A stretch of 64,000 nt of DNA from Candidatus Doudnabacteria bacterium (lineage in GTDB: Bacteria > Patescibacteriota > Doudnabacteria > UBA920 > O2-02-FULL-48-8): assembly GCA_016186915.1 (NCBI GenBank), contig JACPKU010000006.1, forward strand, positions 249,619-313,618, given 5' to 3'. Positions 56,033-64,000 of this stretch are shown here, piece after piece; the first letter of the stretch is position 1; each line of letters opens with the position of its first letter. The notes beneath the pieces are model-generated. The model searched no databases. It was not told the DNA's origin and saw only the letters and a program-made list of their open reading frames with translations. A program made the translations under genes and the position numbers.

Positions 56033-56698
56033 TTAATTTTGCATTTTAAATTTTGCATTTTGATTTTCCTTGAACACCTCTCCTTTATTGATCCAGACCT
56101 TAACTCCGATTGTGCCATAGGTGGTAAACGCCGTGACTTTCGCAAAATCAATATTGGCCCGCAGGGTATGCAGCGGGAGTTTGCCTTTAAACAATCGCTC
56201 GGTTCTGGCTATGTCCGCCCCGCCCAAACGGCCTGCGACCTCGACTTTTACTCCCAAGGCCCCTGCTTCCATCACTTGATCGATCGCCTGCTTCATAGCC
56301 CGCCGGAACGAAATTCGTTTCTCCACCTGATCAGCAATGTTCTGCGCAATCACCGGAGCCTGCAAATTAATATCTCTCGCCTCTTCAATGTTAATCTTCA
56401 AATCCAGCTTAGTCTTCAGATGTTTGAGAATCTTCTTTTTTAAATCTTCTACGCCACCGCCGCCTTTGCCGATAATCATGCCGGGTTTAGTGGTCTTGAT
56501 GGCGATAGTCATGGTTGGACCAAACCGTTCGATGTCCACCCTGACCAATCCGGCCTTTTTTAAAATTTGGGTCAAAAAAGCCCGCACCTTCGTGTCTTCA
56601 CGCAGGTACTTGGAAAAATTACTTTTCGTCAACCAGCGTGACTTCCAAGTATCAGTGATGTTTAATCTAAAACTTGTGGCGTTGATCTTTTGTCCCAT
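56033..56698 (-). CDS. rpsC: 30S ribosomal protein S3
   Basis: MGQK.N, PG..IGK.G, PLHTLRANID, YG.IGVKVWI. Confidence 0.98.
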   Translation of the reverse strand: MGQKINATSFRLNITDTWKSRWLTKSNFSKYLREDTKVRAFLTQILKKAGLVRVDIERFGPTMTIAIKTTKPGMIIGKGGGGVEDLKKKILKHLKTKLDLKINIEEARDINLQAPVIAQNIADQVEKRISFRRAMKQAIDQVMEAGALGVKVEVAGRLGGADIARTERLFKGKLPLHTLRANIDFAKVTAFTTYGTIGVKVWINKGEVFKENQNAKFKMQN

Positions 56699-56699
56699 A

Positions 56700-57281
56700 T
56701 TAAGTGCTGCTCTTTCGATTAAATAATCTTCGCTTCAGGTCCACTAATTGCTTTTTTATCTTTTCGCGAGGTTTGACTTGGAATTTTGGCTTCTGAATCT
56801 CGGCCGCAGATTCTTCCAGCTTGCTGGTCTGTTCTTGAGGCTTTAGCTTGTTCTCGTTCGGCTGTTCAGTCACCAGGGCTTTCGGCTTTTGGAAAATCTT
56901 CCTCTTTGAATGGATTTTACGTTCTCTTTCTTCCAAGGTCACGTTGATGTGACTGGTCCGTCTTCTGATCATAAAAGCCCGGCCCTGGGCTCTGGGAGTA
57001 TATCGTTTAAACATAGGCCCTGAATCTATAGTGATCGACTTGACAAACAAATTTTCCTGCTTGAAATCGTGATTGTGAACCGCGTTAGCCACTGCCGAAT
57101 TAATCGCCTTGGCAATAGGGAGCGCGGCTTTTTTGGAAGAAAATCTTAGCTGTTCCAAAGCCTGGTCCACTGGCGCCTTTTTAATCAAGTTGGAAACCAG
57201 CCGCAGTTTTTGCGGGGAAACATGGATATAACGAGCATGCGCCCTTACTTCTTTAATTGTCGCGATTTTCTCTTTGGCCAT
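56700..57281 (-). CDS. rplV: 50S ribosomal protein L22 with a C-terminal extension
   Basis: SPQK.RLV, SAVANA, PRAQGRA..I..RTSHI. Confidence 0.97.
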   Translation of the reverse strand: MAKEKIATIKEVRAHARYIHVSPQKLRLVSNLIKKAPVDQALEQLRFSSKKAALPIAKAINSAVANAVHNHDFKQENLFVKSITIDSGPMFKRYTPRAQGRAFMIRRRTSHINVTLEERERKIHSKRKIFQKPKALVTEQPNENKLKPQEQTSKLEESAAEIQKPKFQVKPREKIKKQLVDLKRRLFNRKSST

Positions 57282-57616
57282 TATTTAGCTCCTTCTGCTT
57301 TCGGGCTTACTGCCTGCGGTTTGTCTGACTCCGCGGCGGCGATTGCCTCTTCTTTCGCCATTCTGCCTCCGTGCCTGGTAAACTTTCTGGTTGGCGCAAA
57401 CTCTCCCAGCTTGTGCCCGACCATATTTTCCATTGCCTTCACATCAATAAAATTCTTCCCGTTGTGCACTTGAAAAGTCAGCCCGATCATTTCTGGAAAA
57501 ATCACCGAATCACGAGACCAGGTTTTGATCGGCTGAGTTTTGCCAGCCTTTGCCTGCTCCACTTTCTTCCATAATTTAGGATCCACAAACGGTCCTTTTT
57601 TTAGTGATCTGGACAT
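57281..57616 (-). CDS. rpsS: 30S ribosomal protein S19
   Basis: [23 protein letters not shown]. Confidence 0.98.
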   Translation of the reverse strand: MSRSLKKGPFVDPKLWKKVEQAKAGKTQPIKTWSRDSVIFPEMIGLTFQVHNGKNFIDVKAMENMVGHKLGEFAPTRKFTRHGGRMAKEEAIAAAESDKPQAVSPKAEGAK

Positions 57617-57617
57617 A

Positions 57618-58448
57618 TTATTTGCGTCGCTGAACAATTAATTTGCTGGAAGCCTTCTTCTTGTTCCTTGTCCTAACTCCTAAAGCATGCTTGCCCCATG
57701 GGGTCTTGGGGTATTTAAGTCCAATCGGGTTCACTCCTTCTCCGCCGCCGTGCGGATGGTCCACAGGATTCATGGCCTTGCCTCTAACTGAAGGCCGAAT
57801 TCCCATGTGTCGTTTCCTGCCGGCCTTGCCAATTCTAACATACATCCAATCCGTATTGGAAACCTGGCCAATAGTGGCAAAGGCATGAGAGGACACCTTC
57901 CGGATCTCACCAGACGGCATCTTCAACAGAATCTGATCACCTTCCACTGCTTGAATCACCGCATAACTGCCAGCTGAACGAGCGATCTGGCCGCCCGAGG
58001 TCCGCTCCAGCTGGACGTTGTGAACATAAGTTCCGACCGGGATATTTTTCAACATCATATGGTTACCGGGCTTCACCTCTGTGCGTTCGCCCGCCAATAA
58101 AGTCTGGCCTATTTTTAATCTGTCTGGGGCCAAGATATATTTTTTCTCGCCGTCTTTATAAGCCAAAAGAGAAATAAACGCGCTTCGTCTGGGATCATAT
58201 TCCAAAGTCTGCACCTTCGCCGGAATGTTCATCTTGTCCCGCTTAAAGTCGATCAGGCGAATCTTATGTTTATGCCCGCCTCCTTTATGCCGCACTGAGA
58301 TGCTGCCGCGGTTATTCCGACCAGCCTGTTTCTTTACGGAGATAATCAAACCCGCCGGTGTTTTTACCTGCTTTTTTAGTACCGAATAATCAGTGACCGA
58401 ATGCAATCTCCTGCCCGGTGAAGTTGGTTTGTACTTTTTCACTGCCAT
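57618..58448 (-). CDS. rplB: 50S ribosomal protein L2
   Basis: [24 protein letters not shown]. Confidence 0.98.
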   Translation of the reverse strand: MAVKKYKPTSPGRRLHSVTDYSVLKKQVKTPAGLIISVKKQAGRNNRGSISVRHKGGGHKHKIRLIDFKRDKMNIPAKVQTLEYDPRRSAFISLLAYKDGEKKYILAPDRLKIGQTLLAGERTEVKPGNHMMLKNIPVGTYVHNVQLERTSGGQIARSAGSYAVIQAVEGDQILLKMPSGEIRKVSSHAFATIGQVSNTDWMYVRIGKAGRKRHMGIRPSVRGKAMNPVDHPHGGGEGVNPIGLKYPKTPWGKHALGVRTRNKKKASSKLIVQRRK

Positions 58449-58451
58449 ATC

Positions 58452-58865
58452 TTATACTCCTTCAGCCAGACCGGTGATCTTCTCGCCGGCTTTTAAGGTC
58501 ACGACTGCCTTCTTCCAATCCTGAGTCCGGCCGCTGACTCTTCCGGTTCTTCTTTGTTTTCCAGCGACAACCACCATATTCACGGACACAACATGCACCC
58601 CATAAACCGCTTCCACTGCCTTCCTCACTTCAATCTTGTTCGCGTTGATCGACACTTTAAAGACGTAACGGCCGGAACTGGATAACAAATTGCTCTTCTC
58701 TGATAAATGATAGCTGTCAAGTATCCTGTGGGCGCTCTTCGTGTCTTCCTTCAGCTCAACTGGGACATTGGTAACCGGCTTTGGTTCTTTGACCATACCT
58801 AAAACATCCTCATCTTTGTGAGTCTCTTGCCTTTTCTTGCTTTTGAACTTATCAAAAATTCCCAT
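58452..58865 (-). CDS. rplW: 50S ribosomal protein L23 with an N-terminal extension
   Basis: SEKS, YVF.V...ANK.E...AVE, WKKAVVTL. Confidence 0.95.
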   Translation of the reverse strand: MGIFDKFKSKKRQETHKDEDVLGMVKEPKPVTNVPVELKEDTKSAHRILDSYHLSEKSNLLSSSGRYVFKVSINANKIEVRKAVEAVYGVHVVSVNMVVVAGKQRRTGRVSGRTQDWKKAVVTLKAGEKITGLAEGV

Positions 58866-58866
58866 A

Positions 58867-59526
58867 TTATTTCAGGCCTGTCTGCCGACGAGGCAGGTAA
58901 GTTTTCTCGATTACTGGCAATGCTTCTTTCAAAACGATTGGATCGTATTTTAACAAATCAAAAATATTCAAATTATTCGCCACTAAAATTTTTGCAAACG
59001 GTAAATTGCCGGCAGCCCGATCTAATTCTTTGTTGTACTTATCCAGTATTAACATAACTTTCTTTCCCAAACCCGCTTTTTGGGACAACTCTCTTAATTG
59101 CCTGGCCAAGTCTTTGGTCTTGTCTGTGGCCGGGAAACTATCTATAACTATTGCCTTTTTGTCGTTTAATTTATCTGAAAGCACTGTAAACAAAGCCTGG
59201 CGAAAAGCAGAGCGATTCATCTTCTGGGAAAAATTTCTTGCATTGGTTGGGCCAAAGGTAACGCCGCCGCCTTTCCACAATGGAGATCGGATAGAGCCGG
59301 CGCGGGCATTTCCTGTGCCTTTCTGTCGCCACGGCTTTTTGCCGCCTCCAGAGACCTGGCCTCGATTTTTGGTGTGTGCGATGGCTTTGCGGGCGTTGTT
59401 GCGCTGACTTCTAAGCGCCTGATGCACTAGGCCAACATCAATCTTTTCCACGCCGAAAATCCTCGGATTCAAATCCGTCTCCGAAACTTTTTCACCAATT
59501 TGATTGTAGACTGATGTTTTAATCAT
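58867..59526 (-). CDS. rplD: 50S ribosomal protein L4
   Basis: GGGKKPWRQKGTG.ARAGSIRSP.W.GGG. Confidence 0.98.
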   Translation of the reverse strand: MIKTSVYNQIGEKVSETDLNPRIFGVEKIDVGLVHQALRSQRNNARKAIAHTKNRGQVSGGGKKPWRQKGTGNARAGSIRSPLWKGGGVTFGPTNARNFSQKMNRSAFRQALFTVLSDKLNDKKAIVIDSFPATDKTKDLARQLRELSQKAGLGKKVMLILDKYNKELDRAAGNLPFAKILVANNLNIFDLLKYDPIVLKEALPVIEKTYLPRRQTGLK

Positions 59527-59560
59527 AACTTTTAATTAAATCTGGCCGATCACCAGCATA

Positions 59561-60163
59561 CTAAACCGATTCAATCATGACGAAGCCGCCATTGGGACCC
59601 GGCACCGCTCCCTTAACCGCAATCAAATTTCTTTTTAGATCAACGTCCACGACTTCCAAGTTCTTAACCGTTGCGGTCCCGCCCATCCTGCCGGCCATTC
59701 TAGTGCCTTTCAACACGTGCTGCGGGTAAGTACTGCCGATGGATCCCACTGCGCGGGGGTGATCATGGCCGTGGGTTTTGGGAGCGCCCTTAAATCGGTA
59801 TTTCTTTACTGGGCCAGCGAATCCCCGGCCTTTCATTTGGGCCGTTACTTTCACCTTGTCGCCAGCTACAAAAGTATCGAGTTTAATCTCGTCGCCTCTC
59901 TTAAACTTAGCTGAATCTTCAACTCTAAATTCTTTCAAAACTTGAAAATTGCCCAGGTCCTTCAAATGCCCGCCCATGGCTTTGTTGAGCTTTTTTCTCT
60001 TGCCCGCTCCCACTTGAACTGCGCTATACTTATCCTTCTCTGGTCCTTTCACTTGCGTAACTTTAACACCGGGACTTTTAAGAATAGTAACGGGAATAAC
60101 CCTGCCGTCAGCGGCAAAGATCTGGGACATATGAAGTTTTTCAGCAATCAGGAACTTGGACAT
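59561..60163 (-). CDS. rplC: 50S ribosomal protein L3
   Basis: KG.GF.G, THG, MAGRMG, KGAVPG; probable start MSKFLI. Confidence 0.97.
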   Translation of the reverse strand: MSKFLIAEKLHMSQIFAADGRVIPVTILKSPGVKVTQVKGPEKDKYSAVQVGAGKRKKLNKAMGGHLKDLGNFQVLKEFRVEDSAKFKRGDEIKLDTFVAGDKVKVTAQMKGRGFAGPVKKYRFKGAPKTHGHDHPRAVGSIGSTYPQHVLKGTRMAGRMGGTATVKNLEVVDVDLKRNLIAVKGAVPGPNGGFVMIESV

Positions 60164-60179
60164 ATTTTTGGCTTTAAAA

Positions 60180-60275
60180 AAACCGGCCAGATCCTTTTCC
60201 GAACACAGTGTATGTGTTCGGAACAAAACCTAAACGGTTTTTCTAACAGGATTCAGTTAATGTTGTGTAAAAATT
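60180..60275 (-). promoter_or_regulatory. Structured leader upstream of rplC (possible r-protein autoregulatory leader)
   Basis: Hairpin TTCCGAACA...TGTTCGGAA and further stems in the long rpsJ-rplC spacer. Confidence 0.35.
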
Positions 60276-60381
60276 TTTAACCTCTTTATGAGAACTAATT
60301 TGATCTTTCGCCGATCTCCTTGTGCCAGGATCAGCACGATCGAATTACTTTTAGCTCTTTCTTCTACTCTCCGCTCTATCT

Positions 60382-60514
60382 AGCGAGGGTTTTGCTGTAA
60401 AAAACAATCTCGCAGGCCGAAGTCGTAATGTCACGACGAGGCCGAGAGCTTAGGTGCGAATTTTACGTCTAGCGAAATTCGACACCGTGTTTTTTTCAGC
60501 GAAACACGAGCGCT
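60382..60514. mobile_element. Family E branched hairpin element (AGCGAGGG-stem...stem-CGAGCG)
   Basis: Outer stem GTTTTGCTGTAAAAAAC/GTTTTTTTCAGCGAAAC enclosing two hairpins; same ends as 62811-62936. Confidence 0.6.
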
Positions 60515-60517
60515 CCT

Positions 60518-60847
60518 TCACATCTTTATCTCAATATCCACACCAGCCGGCAGATTAAGATTGGACAAAGCGTCTATTGCTTTCGGAGTGGAGTTGCCGA
60601 TATCAATCAGTCTTTTATGGATGCGCATCTCAAACTGTTCTTTCGCCTTCTTGTGAACAAAGGTGGAACGGTTCACTGTATAGCGGGACTTTTCAGTTGG
60701 CAGGGGGACCGGACCCACCACGGTAGCACCCGATCTTTTCGCGGTCTCCACTATCTGTCTTGCTGATTGATCAATAAGCTTATGATCATAAGCCCTGATC
60801 TTGATCCGAATTCTTCCAACCTCTTCTTTATCTTGTTTGTCCTGCAT
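60518..60847 (-). CDS. rpsJ: 30S ribosomal protein S10
   Basis: [29 protein letters not shown]. Confidence 0.98.
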   Translation of the reverse strand: MQDKQDKEEVGRIRIKIRAYDHKLIDQSARQIVETAKRSGATVVGPVPLPTEKSRYTVNRSTFVHKKAKEQFEMRIHKRLIDIGNSTPKAIDALSNLNLPAGVDIEIKM

Positions 60848-60914
60848 TTACGATCTTATTCTAAATATTTCATCCAAAAGGACTACCCTGGTAAAGGATA
60901 GTCCTTTGCATTTT

Positions 60915-62096
60915 TTATTTATTAATCTTCGTAACCACTCCCGCGCCCACAGTGTGTCCGCCTTCTCGAATGGCAAATCTTTGCTTTTCTTCCAAGGCCA
61001 CTGGGTTAATCAATTTAACCTTCAAGGTCACGGTGTCGCCCGGCATAACCATTTCTTGTCCCTCTGGCAGCTCAACCTCGCCGGTAACATCCGTGGTTCG
61101 AATATAGAACTGGGGCTTATAACCTTTGAAGAACGGAGTGTGTCGGCCGCCCTCTTCTTTGGTCAAAATGTAAATCTCTGCGTCAAACTCGGTATGAGGT
61201 GTGACTGATCCTGGTTTGGCCAAAACCTGCCCTCGTTCCACTTCTTCTTTTTTGGTTCCTCGAAGCAAGACGCCTGCGTTGTCTCCGGCTCTTCCGCTAT
61301 CCAGTTGCTTGTTGAACATTTCAATTCCAGTAACCACGGTTTTTTGAGTTGGTTTCAACCCTACAATTTCCACTTCTTCATTTAGCTTTACTTCACCGCG
61401 CTCGATTCTGCCAGTGACCACCGTGCCTCGGCCTTCAATGGTGAAGATGTCTTCGATCGGCATCAGGTAAGGCTTGTCAGTTTCTCTGACTGGTTCCGGA
61501 ATATAGGTGTCGACAGCTTCCAACAGTTTTTCAATTGAAGCAGCCCCTTCCGGGTCATCTTCCAAAGCCTTCAAAGCGGAGCCGCGAATGATTGGCGTAT
61601 CTTTTCCAGGAAACTGATATTTATTCAAAAGTTCTCGCACTTCTTCTTCCACCAAATCCACCAATTCCTTGTCATCCACCATATCCACCTTGTTCAAAAA
61701 CACGACAATGTAAGGAACACCGACTTGTTTAGCCAAGAGAATGTGTTCCCTGGTTTGAGGCATCGGACCATCCGCGGCAGACACCACCAAGATCGCGCCG
61801 TCCATCTGCGCCGCTCCAGTAATCATGTTTTTGATGTAGTCAGCGTGTCCCGGAGCATCGACGTGTGCGTAGTGGCGCTTTTCCGTCTCATACTCCACGT
61901 GCGAGGTGTTGATAGTAATACCTCTTTCTTTCTCTTCTGGAGCATTGTCAATCGAACTAAAATCTCGCTCTTTCGCCAAACCCTTTTTAGCCAAGACGTG
62001 GGTTATAGCAGCAGTCAGAGTGGTTTTGCCGTGGTCAACGTGACCGATTGTTCCAATGTTTACGTGTGGTTTGGAACGATTAAATTGTTCAGCCAT
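60915..62096 (-). CDS. tuf: Elongation factor Tu
   Basis: [31 protein letters not shown]. Confidence 0.99.
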   Translation of the reverse strand: MAEQFNRSKPHVNIGTIGHVDHGKTTLTAAITHVLAKKGLAKERDFSSIDNAPEEKERGITINTSHVEYETEKRHYAHVDAPGHADYIKNMITGAAQMDGAILVVSAADGPMPQTREHILLAKQVGVPYIVVFLNKVDMVDDKELVDLVEEEVRELLNKYQFPGKDTPIIRGSALKALEDDPEGAASIEKLLEAVDTYIPEPVRETDKPYLMPIEDIFTIEGRGTVVTGRIERGEVKLNEEVEIVGLKPTQKTVVTGIEMFNKQLDSGRAGDNAGVLLRGTKKEEVERGQVLAKPGSVTPHTEFDAEIYILTKEEGGRHTPFFKGYKPQFYIRTTDVTGEVELPEGQEMVMPGDTVTLKVKLINPVALEEKQRFAIREGGHTVGAGVVTKINK

Positions 62097-62308
62097 ATTA
62101 ATTCCTTAATTAATTACTTATTAATGCTTAATAGATTATAAAGGATTTTTGTCTACCTGTAAAGCTTAAGACAAATAAAAAACCTTGATCTTGGATTTTT
62201 CTCGATCTTCCCCACTATACCAGAAACCCCCAGGCTTGTAAAGAAATGGTAGCCAAATTGCAAAAAGATCCAATAAATACTATACTTTTAGGCAACAAGG
62301 AGGATCTC

Positions 62309-62686
62309 ATGGCAATTGCTTTTACTGTCGTTGCGATCGCTGTTCCCCTGATCGCGTTTGTCCTTGGTGTGTACTTCTACCGAACGCGTCCGAACAGAAG
62401 GTCTGGCGGAGATATCGTCTCCTCTAGAGATCACATCACGGAAGAAAAGGTCCACCGTGCGATGCAGGCTCAGTCCGACCCAGTGGAATGGGAGAGACTG
62501 CTCTCTGAGCTCGAACTACACATCCGGGAATGCAGACAGTGCCACAAGCAATTCCTTCCTTCGGTTCGCGCTGTGCGCCTCTTGCCACCAGGCGAGGTGC
62601 TCCTCAATCTCTCGCCCGAAAACGACCGATGGAACAAGATGGCGCTGGGACTCAACGCCTCTGCCGACGATCGAGCGAACGACTAA
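62309..62686 (+). CDS. Orphan single-TM protein with an H...CxxC motif
   Basis: TTGCAA-17-TATACT promoter, AAGGAGG SD, start MAIAFTVV, LHIRECRQC (anti-sigma zinc-finger-like), T-tract after the stop. Confidence 0.75.
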   Translation: MAIAFTVVAIAVPLIAFVLGVYFYRTRPNRRSGGDIVSSRDHITEEKVHRAMQAQSDPVEWERLLSELELHIRECRQCHKQFLPSVRAVRLLPPGEVLLNLSPENDRWNKMALGLNASADDRAND

Positions 62687-62810
62687 CCCCGTCCCTCGGC
62701 CGTCTTTTTTTTATCCTTCCGCCCTTCCTTCTTTTCCACTCCGCGGATCAGGAGAAAAGCGAGGCGTGGATTTTCAGCAGCCTTCGGAGGCCAACACCAA
62801 CTATTTCTGT

Positions 62811-62936
62811 AGCGAGGGATTGTTGCAAAATTAACCTTCGGAAGCCGGTTCGTCCGGCTGAGAAAGTAGGCTGCATCCCGCCGAAGTTCCCACGAGGCGG
62901 GATGACAGCCGATATTTTTGCAACAATCCCGAGCGA
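62811..62936. mobile_element. Family E branched hairpin element, second copy
   Basis: GGGATTGTTGCAAAA/TTTTGCAACAATCCC perfect stem enclosing AGCCGG/CCGGCT and CATCCCGCC/GGCGGGATG hairpins. Confidence 0.6.
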
Positions 62937-62970
62937 TGACGACCGGTAATTTACAGTCAGCTCGAGCGAT

Positions 62971-64000
62971 TTATTTTCCTGTTTGTCCTACTCTTATCTT
63001 CCCTGATTCGCCCACTATCTTCTCTGCCACGTTTTTCGGCACCTCTTCGTAATGGTCAAATTCCATGCTGTAAGAAGCCTGGCCTTGCGACATTGACCGG
63101 ATCTGAGTGGCGTAGCCAAACATCTCAGCCAGAGGCACCAGCGCGTCGATCACCTTGAGATTTCCGCGGTCTGTCATTTCCAGTATCTTGCCGCGCTTGG
63201 CGTTGAGATCGCCAATCACGTCGCCCATGGCGGTTTCCGGAGTAGTGACCTCGACTTTCATTATCGGCTCAAGCAAAATTGGTTTGGCTTTTTTAAAAGC
63301 ATCCTGAAACGCCAAGGATCCTGCTATTTTAAAAGCGATCTCAGAAGAATCAACTTCATGATAACTGCCGTCAAACAAAGTGACTTTCGTATCAATCACG
63401 GGATAACCGGCAATTACACCCCTGTCCGCGGCTTCCTTGATGCCCTTATCCACTGCCGGGATATATTCACGCGGGATATCTCCGCCCACCACTTCATTGA
63501 TAAACTCATTGCCCTTGCCTGGGTCGTTTGGTTCAATCCTGATCAAAACATGGCCGTACTGCCCGCGCCCACCAGTTTGTCTGATGTATTTGCTTTCTGC
63601 TTCTGCCTTGCCCTTAATCGTTTCTTTGTAGGCCACCTGCGGGCGCCCGACATTGGCTTCCACTTTGAACTCGCGCTTCATTCTGTCCACCAAAATTTCC
63701 AAATGCAGCTCACCCATCCCGCTGATCAAAGTTTGGTTGGTCTCTTCTTCGGCGCGGACTTTGAAAGTCGGATCTTCTTCCGCCAACTTCTGCAAAGCCA
63801 ATCCCATTTTTTCTTGATCGGCCTTGGTCTTCGGCTCAATTGCCACGGAAATCACCGGTTCGGGGAAAGTAATCCTTTCCAGAATCAGCGGGTTGTCCGC
63901 GTCACACAAAGTATCCCCGGTGAAGGTATCTTTCGGGCCGACCAATGCGGCAATCTCACCGGCAAAAACCTCTTTCACTTCTTCTCGGGAATCAGCGTGC
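62971..64000 (-). CDS. fusA: Elongation factor G (3' part; continues beyond the window)
   Basis: [40 protein letters not shown]. Confidence 0.99.
   Translation of the reverse strand, partial: HADSREEVKEVFAGEIAALVGPKDTFTGDTLCDADNPLILERITFPEPVISVAIEPKTKADQEKMGLALQKLAEEDPTFKVRAEEETNQTLISGMGELHLEILVDRMKREFKVEANVGRPQVAYKETIKGKAEAESKYIRQTGGRGQYGHVLIRIEPNDPGKGNEFINEVVGGDIPREYIPAVDKGIKEAADRGVIAGYPVIDTKVTLFDGSYHEVDSSEIAFKIAGSLAFQDAFKKAKPILLEPIMKVEVTTPETAMGDVIGDLNAKRGKILEMTDRGNLKVIDALVPLAEMFGYATQIRSMSQGQASYSMEFDHYEEVPKNVAEKIVGESGKIRVGQTGK

Noticed and set aside
17982-60226. N-terminal extensions in the ORF track for holB, murA, recJ, eno, the TrpR-like gene, secY and rplC
   Set aside because: The upstream starts run through neighbouring genes, repeats or promoters; family homology begins at the downstream ATGs used here.
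62246-62949. ORFs 62358..62834 and 62530..62949, and the 62246 start
   Set aside because: They overlap the SD-supported 62309..62686 gene and run through a T-tract and hairpin elements; 62246 lies upstream of the promoter.
522-63631. Numerous plus-strand ORFs antisense to housekeeping genes
   Set aside because: Shadow ORFs overlapping well-identified minus-strand genes, with no recognisable motifs.
1-64000. Autonomous IS element, prophage, integron or retron
   Set aside because: No transposase, integrase, reverse transcriptase or phage structural gene is recognisable in the window.

Overview
A 64-kb piece of a reduced bacterial chromosome, almost entirely encoded on the minus strand. It is most likely Patescibacteria/CPR (inference from the missing rpmD in the spc operon, a ProRS without an editing insert, PaaX/Cas2-like solo genes, PsbP-like surface proteins and two MreB paralogs). 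Housekeeping content: alr, a deaminase, serS, lysS, proS, greA, mreBCD-pbp2, rseP, frr, holB, a second mreB, murAB, rnhA, recJ, a 17-kb glycolysis/pentose-phosphate cluster, htrA, map, two adk-like genes, msrB, the S10-spc ribosomal cluster, tuf and the 3' part of fusA. No rRNA, tRNA, CRISPR array or transposase was found. The unusual signals are intergenic. (1) Four small DNA-binding or nuclease genes (two PaaX/Cas2-like, one TrpR-like, one GIY-YIG) are each bracketed by two copies of their own 19-34 bp palindromic repeat, and gene-less copies of some repeats occur elsewhere. (2) A non-coding island at 18470-19580 holds three tandem promoter-RNA-terminator units (~480, ~240 and ~78 nt), two of them preceded by 11-bp-phased DnaA-box-like arrays. 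(3) There are two families of miniature hairpin elements, one showing compensatory base changes and a conserved mismatch. (4) Palindromes are inserted in frame in recJ, alr and rplD. (5) Four GC-rich antisense orphan cassettes have their own promoter and terminator. All structures were folded by eye and no database search was run.
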